A stretch of DNA of 49,793 nt from Sedimentisphaerales bacterium (GTDB lineage: Bacteria; Planctomycetota; Phycisphaerae; Sedimentisphaerales; Anaerobacaceae), in assembly GCA_016936275.1 (NCBI GenBank), contig JAFGPJ010000114.1, positions 1 to 49,793 on the forward strand, given 5' to 3'. Positions 26,773 to 35,331 of this stretch are shown here, piece after piece. A program made the translations under genes and the position numbers. The notes beneath the pieces are model-generated. The model did no database searches and was not told the origin of the DNA. It saw only the letters and a program-made list of their open reading frames with translations. Position 1 is the stretch's first letter; every line of letters begins with the position of its first letter.

Positions 26773-28338
26773 ATGGCAAAAAACTATAAAGATAAATCGC
26801 GAGCCAAGATTGCAGCACAAACCCAAAACACAAAAGTTTTTTGTCTGGACAGGCGGTTCGACGTCAAGACGTTCAAAAGGGTAATTGAGGACGCGGGCTA
26901 CTGTGAAAAGGCGCTGGCCGAGACGCTGGGTATATCGTGTGTTCATGAACGGCAAGACGTGGATGTGGTCTATAGGCGCGTAAAAACAGACAGCCCATAT
27001 AATATCCTTGTGCGGTTATTCTGGCTCGGACTATCGGTCCCGGAGTCCATTGCTCGTAAGTCCTTGTCAGGGCTTGACATAGAGGACCTTGAAGCAATCG
27101 GCCTACTAAACCGGCACAACGGCAAAATAAGGTCTGTTGCCAGATTGGCGCCATATCATGACCTGATGCTGGCAAGCGATTTCGGACCGGAAATCCACCG
27201 CAAGCTCTCTGCAGACCACGTTCTTGGCGTAGGCGCAGCTTCCGTAACGCTGGCTAATTTAACTGTTCGCCGAAATGTTAAAATCGCTCTTGATATCGGC
27301 AGCGGCGCAGGCATACAGTCATTCCTTGCTGCACGCCACGCCGAGCATGTCGTCGGAACGGATATCAGCCAGCGGGCGATAAACTTTGCCAGATTCAATG
27401 CAATGCTGAATGACATCAGCGGTATTGAATGGCGCCAAGGCGGTCTCTACGAACCCGTCGCCGGTCAACAATTTGACCTGATTGTATCTAATCCTCCGTT
27501 TGTGATTTCCCCGGAGTCACGATTCGTCTTCCGCGACGCCGGTATGCCGGGCGATGCCATCTCAGAACAAGTAATCCGCGGGGCCGGTGAGTGGCTGAAT
27601 GCAGGCGGTTTTGCCTGTATATTGTTTAACTGGCATCACTCCGATGATACGGATTGGGATGCTCGGCCCCGTAGCTGGGTATCCAGGACCGGCTGCGATG
27701 CCTGGATGATAAGCTTCAAGTCCGCAGACCCATTGACGTATGCGGCTGAATGGCTGGGAAGCTGTGTCGGACGGAGTCAACCCGAGTATGGGAGCCGTCT
27801 GGATGAATGGATGGCGTATTACGAAAAGATGCAAATCGGGCGCATAAGCGCCGGCGCAATTATTATGCGAAAGAGACCTAATAGTTCAAACTGGTTCCAA
27901 GCACACGTTATAGACAGAGGTCGCTGTACAGGACCCGCGGCTGACCAGATTGAGCGAATATTCGCGGCTGAAGATATGCTTGAGACGCTCGACGACCGAC
28001 AGTTGCTGCAGCAGCGTCTCGCTTTCGCCAATAACCATCGTCTGGAACATCAGTTGGTGGTTGAGGACGGCCGATGGGTCATCCGTGCCGAACACCTCTA
28101 CGCCGTTAATGGCATCCCATTTGCCGGCAACGTGGATATGTATATCGCGAACCTTCTGGCCGGCTGCAACGGCAAATGGACATTAGGCGAGGTTGTCGGG
28201 AAAGCGGCCGAGCGGATACAGACCAATCGGGAAGAATTCACGCGTGCCTGTCTGGCCGCCGTCCGCAAGCTTATGCAGTCAGGATTCCTGAGTCCAGTCT
28301 CAAATCCCTGCACGTCGGTCAACCAAAAGAGTAAGTAA
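26773..28338 (+). CDS. Large class I SAM-dependent methyltransferase (NPPF-type; substrate unknown)
   Basis: Motif I is LDIGSGAGIQSFLAA. Motif IV is DLIVSNPPFV, an N-methyltransferase-type (D/N)PP(F/Y) motif as in the PrmC/RsmC/N6-adenine MTase classes. There are long N- and C-terminal extensions and no signal peptide. The start is uncertain: ATG at 26773 versus the track TTG at 26692. Confidence 0.72.
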   Translation: MAKNYKDKSRAKIAAQTQNTKVFCLDRRFDVKTFKRVIEDAGYCEKALAETLGISCVHERQDVDVVYRRVKTDSPYNILVRLFWLGLSVPESIARKSLSGLDIEDLEAIGLLNRHNGKIRSVARLAPYHDLMLASDFGPEIHRKLSADHVLGVGAASVTLANLTVRRNVKIALDIGSGAGIQSFLAARHAEHVVGTDISQRAINFARFNAMLNDISGIEWRQGGLYEPVAGQQFDLIVSNPPFVISPESRFVFRDAGMPGDAISEQVIRGAGEWLNAGGFACILFNWHHSDDTDWDARPRSWVSRTGCDAWMISFKSADPLTYAAEWLGSCVGRSQPEYGSRLDEWMAYYEKMQIGRISAGAIIMRKRPNSSNWFQAHVIDRGRCTGPAADQIERIFAAEDMLETLDDRQLLQQRLAFANNHRLEHQLVVEDGRWVIRAEHLYAVNGIPFAGNVDMYIANLLAGCNGKWTLGEVVGKAAERIQTNREEFTRACLAAVRKLMQSGFLSPVSNPCTSVNQKSK

Positions 28339-28458
28339 GACAGCTTCGCGTAATTCGTACCACCTGACACGATTCACCGATATGTATGCCCCTTGTGCAG
28401 CTTTCACGCCGGTGCCCCCCGCAAACTTGTTAAGGGCGTCGGTAGTCTATCGCCGAAA

Positions 28459-29469
28459 TCATGGAATTTGCAACACAACGCCGGGAAGAATAAAGTCCGG
28501 GTTATTGCCGATAACGCCATAATTTTTAAGATAGATTACATCCCAATAGCCCTCGCTACCATAGAATATTTTAGATATGCCGGAAAGCGTATCACCCGGC
28601 GCAACGGTGTGTGGGCCCGGCGGCCGGAGACGTTTAACGCCGCAAAGCGGGTCTTCCTCTGAACCGCCAAGGGCTTGGTGGTCGGCCTTTTTGTCAAGCA
28701 ATTTCTTGAAATTTTCTTTAGTGGGCGTGCTGCGAAATGTTTTTTCGCTTTTATCTTTCAATATCCCGTTACATTCAACCGCCGCGTCCATTCCTTCTTT
28801 TTCTTCTTCTTCATCGCCGCCCAACAACTGCACTGATGCAATATCGCCGACAAGACCGCGAAGCGCCTTTTCGGAAGGATTCTTCCTGGCCCATTCTTTG
28901 GACCGTTTTAACATCTCGACGGCTGCTGCCCTTGCCGCTTCCAACCAAGATTGGGCGCCGGTTTCGTCCTCGCCCTTTAGCAGCTTTTGCTCAGCTTCAC
29001 GCAGCGCCTTTCTTATATCCTCTTTTGTTGGTTTAACAACAACAGCAGGAGGTTGTGGTTTTGGTGGAACAGGCGGCCGGGAAGTCATCCCCGTCGGCCC
29101 GCGAGGTACTCCCTGCTCAGGTCCGCCAGAAGACAATGAGGGACGTTTGGGGCCCTCCAAAAGTTCCTGTTTATTCGAATCCGCAGAGAGTCTCTCGAAC
29201 TCGAGTTTGGCAATAATATAATTTTTGAAGGCCTCGAGATAATCCTGGACCACCATTTTTTTTGAAAAATTGTCGATAAACTTTATATCCGGTGCTGTGG
29301 CGTTCATCGGGCGATATGAGTTCGAAGGTGCAAGCTGCTCGTCATAGTTCTGCATTGCTGCTCGTGCTTCCTCAAGCTGATTTTTTGCTAAAATGTAGCG
29401 CTTTTCGGCCAGTTGAACGCGTAGTTTCGGTGATGCATTATGCCACGTTTCGTTATAGTATGTAGCCAT
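28459..29469 (-). CDS. Leaderless coiled-coil / Pro-rich protein with a C-terminal LysM peptidoglycan-binding domain
   Basis: The C-terminal HTVAPGDTLSGISKIFYGSEGYWDVIYLKNYGVIGNNPDFILPGVVLQIP fits the LysM consensus (Y.V..GDTL..IA...YG....W..I...N......I.PGQ.L.IP). There is a Pro-rich linker, RPPVPPKPQPPAVVVKP. The N-terminus (MATYYNETWHNASPKLRV...) shows no signal peptide or TM helix. Confidence 0.8.
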   Translation of the reverse strand: MATYYNETWHNASPKLRVQLAEKRYILAKNQLEEARAAMQNYDEQLAPSNSYRPMNATAPDIKFIDNFSKKMVVQDYLEAFKNYIIAKLEFERLSADSNKQELLEGPKRPSLSSGGPEQGVPRGPTGMTSRPPVPPKPQPPAVVVKPTKEDIRKALREAEQKLLKGEDETGAQSWLEAARAAAVEMLKRSKEWARKNPSEKALRGLVGDIASVQLLGGDEEEEKEGMDAAVECNGILKDKSEKTFRSTPTKENFKKLLDKKADHQALGGSEEDPLCGVKRLRPPGPHTVAPGDTLSGISKIFYGSEGYWDVIYLKNYGVIGNNPDFILPGVVLQIP

Positions 29470-29544
29470 AACGGCCTCCCTATTCTACCTGTCGAATCTC
29501 GGGAAAACCAATTTCGCAAACAACGCATTAACACCGTAATCAGT

Positions 29545-29573
29545 ATTTTATCTAAAATCAATGACAGGTGCAA
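29545..29573 (-). promoter_or_regulatory. Sigma70-type promoter candidate for the LysM gene (TTGCAC-17-TAAAAT)
   Basis: The minus strand reads ttgcac (29573-29568), a 17-nt spacer, then taaaat (29550-29545). It lies about 75 nt upstream of the ATG at 29469. Confidence 0.4.
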
Positions 29574-29652
29574 GAAAGATAACCGGGGGATAGCGTCAAG
29601 TATTTTGTGTAAGCGCTCACAAACATCTTCGATTGATTAAATAAAAATTGTT

Positions 29653-29681
29653 TTGACGCGAAGTTGATAGTTTGATATAAG
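29653..29681 (+). promoter_or_regulatory. Sigma70-type promoter candidate for clpV-vgrG (TTGACG-17-TATAAG, TGn extended -10)
   Basis: ttgacg at 29653-29658, a 17-nt spacer ending in tga, and tataag at 29676-29681. It lies about 85 nt upstream of the clpV ATG. Confidence 0.45.
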
Positions 29682-29766
29682 TAGTTTGTTAAGGCCTGTT
29701 TAGGAAAGGCCTTGATTTCCAGGTGCCTGTTAATCCGGCTTATGTCAAATAGTAGAGGGTAAGATA

Positions 29767-32553
29767 ATGGCTGAAATCACACGCACATCTTTATTCGGCA
29801 AGCTAAACAGTTTAGGTTACAAGGCCATCGAAAGCGCCACGATTTTCTGCAAAATGCGGGGTAATCCGTACGTGGAGCTGGTGCACTGGCTGCACCAGAT
29901 TCTGCATCAGCAGGACTCAGACCTTCACCGTATAATACGGCACTTCGGCATAGACCCCTCCCGGCTCGCCAAGGATATGACAGAGGAATTGGACCGGCTG
30001 CCGAGGGGAGCGACGTCGATTTCGGACCTGTCGAGCCATCTGGAAGAGGCAGTCGAACGAGGGTGGGTTTACGGGAGCTTGTTATTCGGTGAATCACAGA
30101 TTCGCACAGGGCATCTGATAGTGGGCACCCTCAAGACAAGCGGCCTCAAGAACGTTCTTCTGCGGATATCGAAGGAGTTCGACAAAATCAAACTGGAACA
30201 GTTAACCGACGATTTCGCAAAAATTGTGGGGGGTTCTCCCGAGGAATCCCTGTCTGCGACCGACGGCACTTCGCTGCGAGCCGAGGGCGAAGCCGCCGGC
30301 GGCACCTCTGAAATGGCGCCAGCGGCAATGGGCAAACAAGAGGCATTGGCGAAATTTTCTGTGGACCTGACTGCAAAGGCACGAAGCGGTGAAATGGACC
30401 CTATTGTCGGTCGCGACGTGGAAATCCGCCAGATTATCGATATTCTGATGCGTCGTCGTCAGAACAACCCGATACTTACCGGCGAGGCGGGGGTCGGGAA
30501 AACGGCAGTGGTTGAGGGTTTCGCACAGCGGATTGCCGCCGGTGATGTGCCGCCGTCGCTAAAGGACGTAACACTACGTGTGCTCGATGTAGGGCTGCTT
30601 CAGGCCGGGGCCAGTATGAAGGGCGAATTTGAAAATCGGCTTCGACAAGTCATAGAAGAGGTTCAAAGCTCACCTAAACCAATTATTCTTTTCATAGATG
30701 AAGCACATACTCTTATTGGGGCCGGAGGTTCTGCGGGGACCGGCGACGCCGCCAACTTGCTTAAGCCGGCGCTGGCTCGCGGCACATTGCGGACGATTGC
30801 GGCCACCACCTGGGCGGAGTATAAAAAATACATCGAGAAAGACCCGGCGCTTACCCGCAGATTCCAGGTAGTCAAGGTTGAAGAGCCCTCGGAAGGTAAC
30901 GCTTTGATTATGATGCGAGCAGTGGCCTCTAACTTAGAGAAGCATCACCTCGTCCAGGTACTGGACGAGGCCCTCGATGCAGCGGTCCGTCTTTCGCACC
31001 GGTATATCCCTGAGCGTCAACTGCCGGACAAAGCGGTTAGCTTGACCGATACCGCATGTGCCAGGGTTGCCATAAGCCAGCATGCCGTCCCGCCAGAGCT
31101 GGAGGACTGCCGGCGTCGAATTCAGGCGCTTGAAACGGAGCTGGAAATCATTGGCAGAGAAACGTCAATGGGAATGGACCACCGTTCCCGCGAATCCGAA
31201 AACACAGAGAAACTCGAAACGGAACACAAAAGATTAGCCGAACTGGAAGGTCGCTGGTCAAAAGAAAAGGAGCTGGTCAATGCTGTCCTGGATATTCGGG
31301 CCAGGTTGCGCAAAACCGGCGGGGGCACTGTCGAAAAGACAGAGATTGCCGGAAAAGAATCTGAGAAAACCAAGGACCGTGCCAAGGACGTGCGTCAGGC
31401 CGATGCAAGTCAGCCGGCTGAGGTCGCAGCCGCAGGTTCAGCCGACGCGGAGGAAAAAGAGGACAGAGAAGGATTACTCAAACAACTCATTTCGCTGCAG
31501 AAACAGCTCAGGGAGCTGCAAGGAGAAAGGCCACTGATTCTTCCCTGTGTTGATGCAGTAGCGGTTGGTTCAGTGGTTGCCGATTGGACCGGGATTCCGG
31601 TCGGGGGAATGGTAAAGAATGATATCGAGGCGGTTCTGCATCTGGAGGACAAGCTTCGGCAGCGTGTAATAGGCCAGGACCATGCCCTGGCGGCAGTTGC
31701 CAAACGCATCAGAACATCCCGTGCCGGCGTGGAGAATCCGAACAAGCCGATTGCTGTGATGTTCCTGGTCGGTCCGAGCGGCGTGGGAAAAACCGAGACG
31801 GCGATTGCCTTGGCCGAAGCCCTGTACGGCGGTGAGAGCAACCTGATAACCATCAATATGAGTGAGTTCCAGGAAGCCCACACGGTTTCAACACTTAAGG
31901 GTTCGCCTCCCGGGTACGTCGGCTATGGCGAAGGAGGCGTCCTGACCGAGGCGGTGCGTCGGCGCCCTTATAGCATTGTTTTGTTAGACGAAGTCGAGAA
32001 GGCGCATCGCGACGTCCACGAGATATTTTTCCAGGTGTTCGACAAAGGCCGGATGGAAGACGCCGAAGGACGCCTGATAGATTTCAAGAATACAATTATT
32101 CTGCTGACCAGCAACGTCGGCACCGACCTCATTATGGAGATGTTCAAAGACCCGAAGCTGAGGCCTGATTCTGAAGGGATATGTAAGGCCCTCCGCAAGC
32201 CCCTGCTTAAGGTCTTTCCCGCCGCCCTTCTCGGTCGTCTCGTTGTCGTGCCCTACTACCCAATTAGTGATGAAACGATGCGGCTCATTATTCGCCTCCA
32301 GTTGAACCGAATTGGGCGTCGGACCAGGGAGAATCATAAGATACCGTTCAGCTTCGATGATAAAGTCGTGGAGCTTATTGCCAGCCGTTGCACTGAGCTC
32401 GAAAGCGGAGCTCGGATGGTGGACGCCATTCTGACCAATACGCTGCTTCCGGAAATCAGCCAGGAGCTCCTGACCCGGCTGATGGAAGGTAAAATCGCTA
32501 AACGCGTGCATATAGGGACCAAAGACAGCGAGTTTACTTATTCGTTCGACTAA
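29767..32553 (+). CDS. clpV: T6SS AAA+ sheath-recycling ATPase ClpV (TssH)
   Basis: 928 aa with a Clp N-domain. Two AAA+ modules carry Walker A motifs GEAGVGKTA and GPSGVGKTE, and Walker B motifs ILFIDEAH and IVLLDEVEKAH. A coiled-coil middle insert is present. It lies directly upstream of vgrG. Confidence 0.93.
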   Translation: MAEITRTSLFGKLNSLGYKAIESATIFCKMRGNPYVELVHWLHQILHQQDSDLHRIIRHFGIDPSRLAKDMTEELDRLPRGATSISDLSSHLEEAVERGWVYGSLLFGESQIRTGHLIVGTLKTSGLKNVLLRISKEFDKIKLEQLTDDFAKIVGGSPEESLSATDGTSLRAEGEAAGGTSEMAPAAMGKQEALAKFSVDLTAKARSGEMDPIVGRDVEIRQIIDILMRRRQNNPILTGEAGVGKTAVVEGFAQRIAAGDVPPSLKDVTLRVLDVGLLQAGASMKGEFENRLRQVIEEVQSSPKPIILFIDEAHTLIGAGGSAGTGDAANLLKPALARGTLRTIAATTWAEYKKYIEKDPALTRRFQVVKVEEPSEGNALIMMRAVASNLEKHHLVQVLDEALDAAVRLSHRYIPERQLPDKAVSLTDTACARVAISQHAVPPELEDCRRRIQALETELEIIGRETSMGMDHRSRESENTEKLETEHKRLAELEGRWSKEKELVNAVLDIRARLRKTGGGTVEKTEIAGKESEKTKDRAKDVRQADASQPAEVAAAGSADAEEKEDREGLLKQLISLQKQLRELQGERPLILPCVDAVAVGSVVADWTGIPVGGMVKNDIEAVLHLEDKLRQRVIGQDHALAAVAKRIRTSRAGVENPNKPIAVMFLVGPSGVGKTETAIALAEALYGGESNLITINMSEFQEAHTVSTLKGSPPGYVGYGEGGVLTEAVRRRPYSIVLLDEVEKAHRDVHEIFFQVFDKGRMEDAEGRLIDFKNTIILLTSNVGTDLIMEMFKDPKLRPDSEGICKALRKPLLKVFPAALLGRLVVVPYYPISDETMRLIIRLQLNRIGRRTRENHKIPFSFDDKVVELIASRCTELESGARMVDAILTNTLLPEISQELLTRLMEGKIAKRVHIGTKDSEFTYSFD

Positions 32554-32598
32554 TACCTGTGATATTAATTCAAGGAATACGTTTAAAGAACATGGCTG

Positions 32599-32627
32599 TT
32601 GAAAACAGGCGGCTTTCCGCGTAAGAT
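32599..32627 (+). promoter_or_regulatory. Possible internal promoter for vgrG (TTGAAA-17-TAAGAT)
   Basis: ttgaaa at 32599-32604, a 17-nt spacer, and taagat at 32622-32627, located in the 98-nt clpV-vgrG gap. The implied leader is very short. Confidence 0.3.
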
Positions 32628-32651
32628 GAAGTTTATTAGGCGTTAATCCCA

Positions 32652-34742
32652 ATGGCAATAACTCAGGAAAACAGGGAGATTGCGATAGCGACCCCTTTAG
32701 GGGATGACGTTCTTTTGCTTAAAAGCATTTCGGGCACAGAGCAGCTTGGCAGGCCATTTGAGTTTCATCTTGAACTGGCCAGCGAGGATAACCAGATTAA
32801 ACCTCAGGACATTGTCGGCCAGAACGTGACAATCCGGCTCAACCTTTTCGAAAAAGACAAGATTCGCTATTTCAACGGCTATATCAGCCGATTTGTCCAG
32901 ACGGCCGGGGCCGGCCGATTGGCAGGATACCGCGCAACCGTCGTGCCATGGCTGTGGTTTTTGACCCGAACCGCTGATTGTCGTATATTCCAGAAAATGA
33001 CGGTTCCCGATATTATCAAGCAGGTTTTTCGAGACCTTGGATTTACCGATATTGAGGACGCCCTCAGCAGCAGCTATCGAACCTGGGAGTATTGCGTTCA
33101 ATACCGCGAGACGGACTTCAACTTTGTCAGCCGACTTATGGAGCAGGAGGGAATATATTACTTTTTCAAGCACGAGAACGGCAAACACTCGCTGGTCCTG
33201 GCCGATTCGGCCAGCGCGCATCAGCCATATCCCGATTATGACCAAATCAAATACCGGCCCCACGGCAGTCAGGTCGATAACGACAAGTGCATTTCCGACT
33301 GGATAGTTGAAACCTGTGTTCAGCCCGGTTCGTATGCCCTGAAGGATTTTGACTTCAAGAACACTAAAAAGGACCTCCAGTCAAGGGCGAACTTGATTCA
33401 ACAACACGCCGCGGCGGACTTCGAGATATACGATTACCCCGGCGAATACACCGAATCCCCTGACGGCGACGAATATGCCAAGAAACGTATCGAGGAGATG
33501 CACACGCAGTATGAGGTGGCCACGGCCGATTCCGAAGCCAGGGGCATTAGTGCCGGCTGCACGTTCAACTTCATCGAGCATCCCCGCGACGACCAGAACA
33601 AGCAATACCTTATTACCTCTGCAAGCTATAATATAGACGCCGGCGACTTCTACTCGCAGGAAAAAGGCGGCGCCTGTGCCTATTCGTGCAGCTTTGCTGC
33701 TATCGATGCAACGCAGCAGTTCCGTTCAATGCGCATCACTCCCAAACCCTCAATTCCAGGCCCACAAACGGCTATGGTTGTCGGTCCATCGGGTGAAGAG
33801 GTCCACACCGACGAATATGGCCGGGTCAAGGTGCAATTCCACTGGGACAGGCACGGTAAAGCCGACGAAAACAGCTCCTGCTGGATTAGGGTGGCGCAGG
33901 TCTGGGCCGGCAAGAAATGGGGCGCGATGTATATCCCGCGAATCGGCCAGGAGGTTATTGTTGAGTTCCTCGAGGGCGACCCGGACCAGCCGATTATTAC
34001 GGGCCGGGTCTATAACGCCCAGGCAATGCCGCCTTACGACCTGCCGACCAATAAGACGATGTCAACGCTCAAATCCGACTCCAGCAAGGGCAGCGGGGGC
34101 TTCAACGAAATCCGCTTCGAGGACAAAAAGGGTGATGAGCAAATCTTCATACACGCCGAAAAAAACGAGGATATCAGGGTCAAAAACGACTGTCTCGAAT
34201 GGATTGGAAATGAGCGGCATTTGATAGTTAAAAAAGACCAGCTCGAACAAGTCGATGGCGATAAGCACCTGACGGTCAAGGGAGACCAGAACGAAAAGAT
34301 AAACGGAACCATATCCGTTGAGGCGGGTATGGATATGCAGCAGAAGGTTGGTATGAAGCACGCCCTTGATGCAGGGATGGAGATTCACCTAAAGGGCGGA
34401 ATGAAGGTAATTGTCGAAGCCGGAATGCAGCTAACGCTCAAAGGAGCTGGTGGCTTTGTTGATATCGGCCCAGCAGGCGTAACGATACAAGGCAACCTAG
34501 TGAATATAAATAGCGGCGGCGCTGCTGGCGCCGGCTCGGGCTGCTCGCCTGATGCCGCCAAGGCCCCGAAAGAAGCCGATAAAGCCGACCCGGGCGAAAA
34601 GCTTGAGCCGGCAAAACCGCCCAAACCGCCAACGCCCGTTACTTTCAGCCCGCAGGCGACAACTATGCAACAGGCGGCTAAGGACGGCACACCATTTTGT
34701 GAGGAATGTGAAAAGGCAAAGAAACAACAGCAAGCCGGTTAA
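32652..34742 (+). CDS. vgrG: T6SS spike protein VgrG (TssI) with a Lys/Pro-rich C-terminal tail
   Basis: IATPLGDDVLLLKSISGTEQLGRPFEFHLELAS is the gp27-like N-terminus. Also present are GRVKVQFHWDR and WIRVAQVWAGKKWGAMYIPRIGQEVIVEFLEGDPDQPIITGRVYN (the gp5 OB-fold signature), followed by beta-helix repeats. The tail is APKEADKADPGEKLEPAKPPKPPTPV...GTPFCEECEKAKKQQQAG. Confidence 0.93.
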   Translation: MAITQENREIAIATPLGDDVLLLKSISGTEQLGRPFEFHLELASEDNQIKPQDIVGQNVTIRLNLFEKDKIRYFNGYISRFVQTAGAGRLAGYRATVVPWLWFLTRTADCRIFQKMTVPDIIKQVFRDLGFTDIEDALSSSYRTWEYCVQYRETDFNFVSRLMEQEGIYYFFKHENGKHSLVLADSASAHQPYPDYDQIKYRPHGSQVDNDKCISDWIVETCVQPGSYALKDFDFKNTKKDLQSRANLIQQHAAADFEIYDYPGEYTESPDGDEYAKKRIEEMHTQYEVATADSEARGISAGCTFNFIEHPRDDQNKQYLITSASYNIDAGDFYSQEKGGACAYSCSFAAIDATQQFRSMRITPKPSIPGPQTAMVVGPSGEEVHTDEYGRVKVQFHWDRHGKADENSSCWIRVAQVWAGKKWGAMYIPRIGQEVIVEFLEGDPDQPIITGRVYNAQAMPPYDLPTNKTMSTLKSDSSKGSGGFNEIRFEDKKGDEQIFIHAEKNEDIRVKNDCLEWIGNERHLIVKKDQLEQVDGDKHLTVKGDQNEKINGTISVEAGMDMQQKVGMKHALDAGMEIHLKGGMKVIVEAGMQLTLKGAGGFVDIGPAGVTIQGNLVNINSGGAAGAGSGCSPDAAKAPKEADKADPGEKLEPAKPPKPPTPVTFSPQATTMQQAAKDGTPFCEECEKAKKQQQAG

Positions 34743-34768
34743 TAAGTTAGTTGGTCGGAAAGAATTTG

Positions 34769-35317
34769 ATGGATGAAAAAGCTGTAGCTCAGTCGCTTCT
34801 TACAAATCTGTTCTCGCAGCCACAAACTAATGTTTTTGCGATTTTAGACGGAGCTTCGGTTGAGCAGTTGCCGCAGTTACTCTGGGAATACGAGCCGCAG
34901 AACGTTTGCCTGTATCGTGGCGAGCTCGAGCCGGATATGGCCTCAGTCGCGCCGTATTTAGTCAAACTGGAGTTTGACCACCGTTTCACAAAATTAGTTT
35001 GCGAAAAGGGCTGGGGCAAACACTGGGGCATATTCGCCATAACGCCCGCTGATGTGGATATTCGAGCACTCCGTCAGCATTTTCGTAAGTTCTTAATGGT
35101 ACTCAGTCCTGAGAATAAAACCTTGTATTTTCGCTACTATGACCCGCGGGTACTGATGGTTTATCTGCCGACCTGCAACGCCGAAGAAATGAAGACCCTT
35201 TTTGGTCCCGTGAGTAACTATATTGTAGAGGATGAGGATTCGTCTGTGCTCCTGCGGCTGTCGTATGATGGTGAGAAAGTCCGAACAGAAAAAATATCTT
35301 TTACTCAGCCGAGATAA
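34769..35317 (+). CDS. DUF4123-family T6SS effector adaptor/chaperone (Tap/Tec type)
   Basis: NVFAILDGASVEQLPQLL...CLYRGELEPDMASVAPYLVKL and LYFRYYDPRVLMVYL fit the DUF4123 pattern as I remember it. It lies immediately downstream of vgrG. The ATG at 34769 is preferred over the track TTG at 34751. Confidence 0.75.
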   Translation: MDEKAVAQSLLTNLFSQPQTNVFAILDGASVEQLPQLLWEYEPQNVCLYRGELEPDMASVAPYLVKLEFDHRFTKLVCEKGWGKHWGIFAITPADVDIRALRQHFRKFLMVLSPENKTLYFRYYDPRVLMVYLPTCNAEEMKTLFGPVSNYIVEDEDSSVLLRLSYDGEKVRTEKISFTQPR

Positions 35318-35331
35318 GCGGCAGAAAAAAT

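Noticed and set aside
28577-29221. 214-aa + strand ORF
   Set aside because: It is antisense to the LysM gene. The sequence is Ser/Pro-rich and low-complexity. The LysM frame carries a clear domain signature.
31984-32658. 224-aa minus-strand ORF, plus 31410-31883 (157 aa)
   Set aside because: It is antisense to clpV, whose AAA+ motifs fix the real frame.
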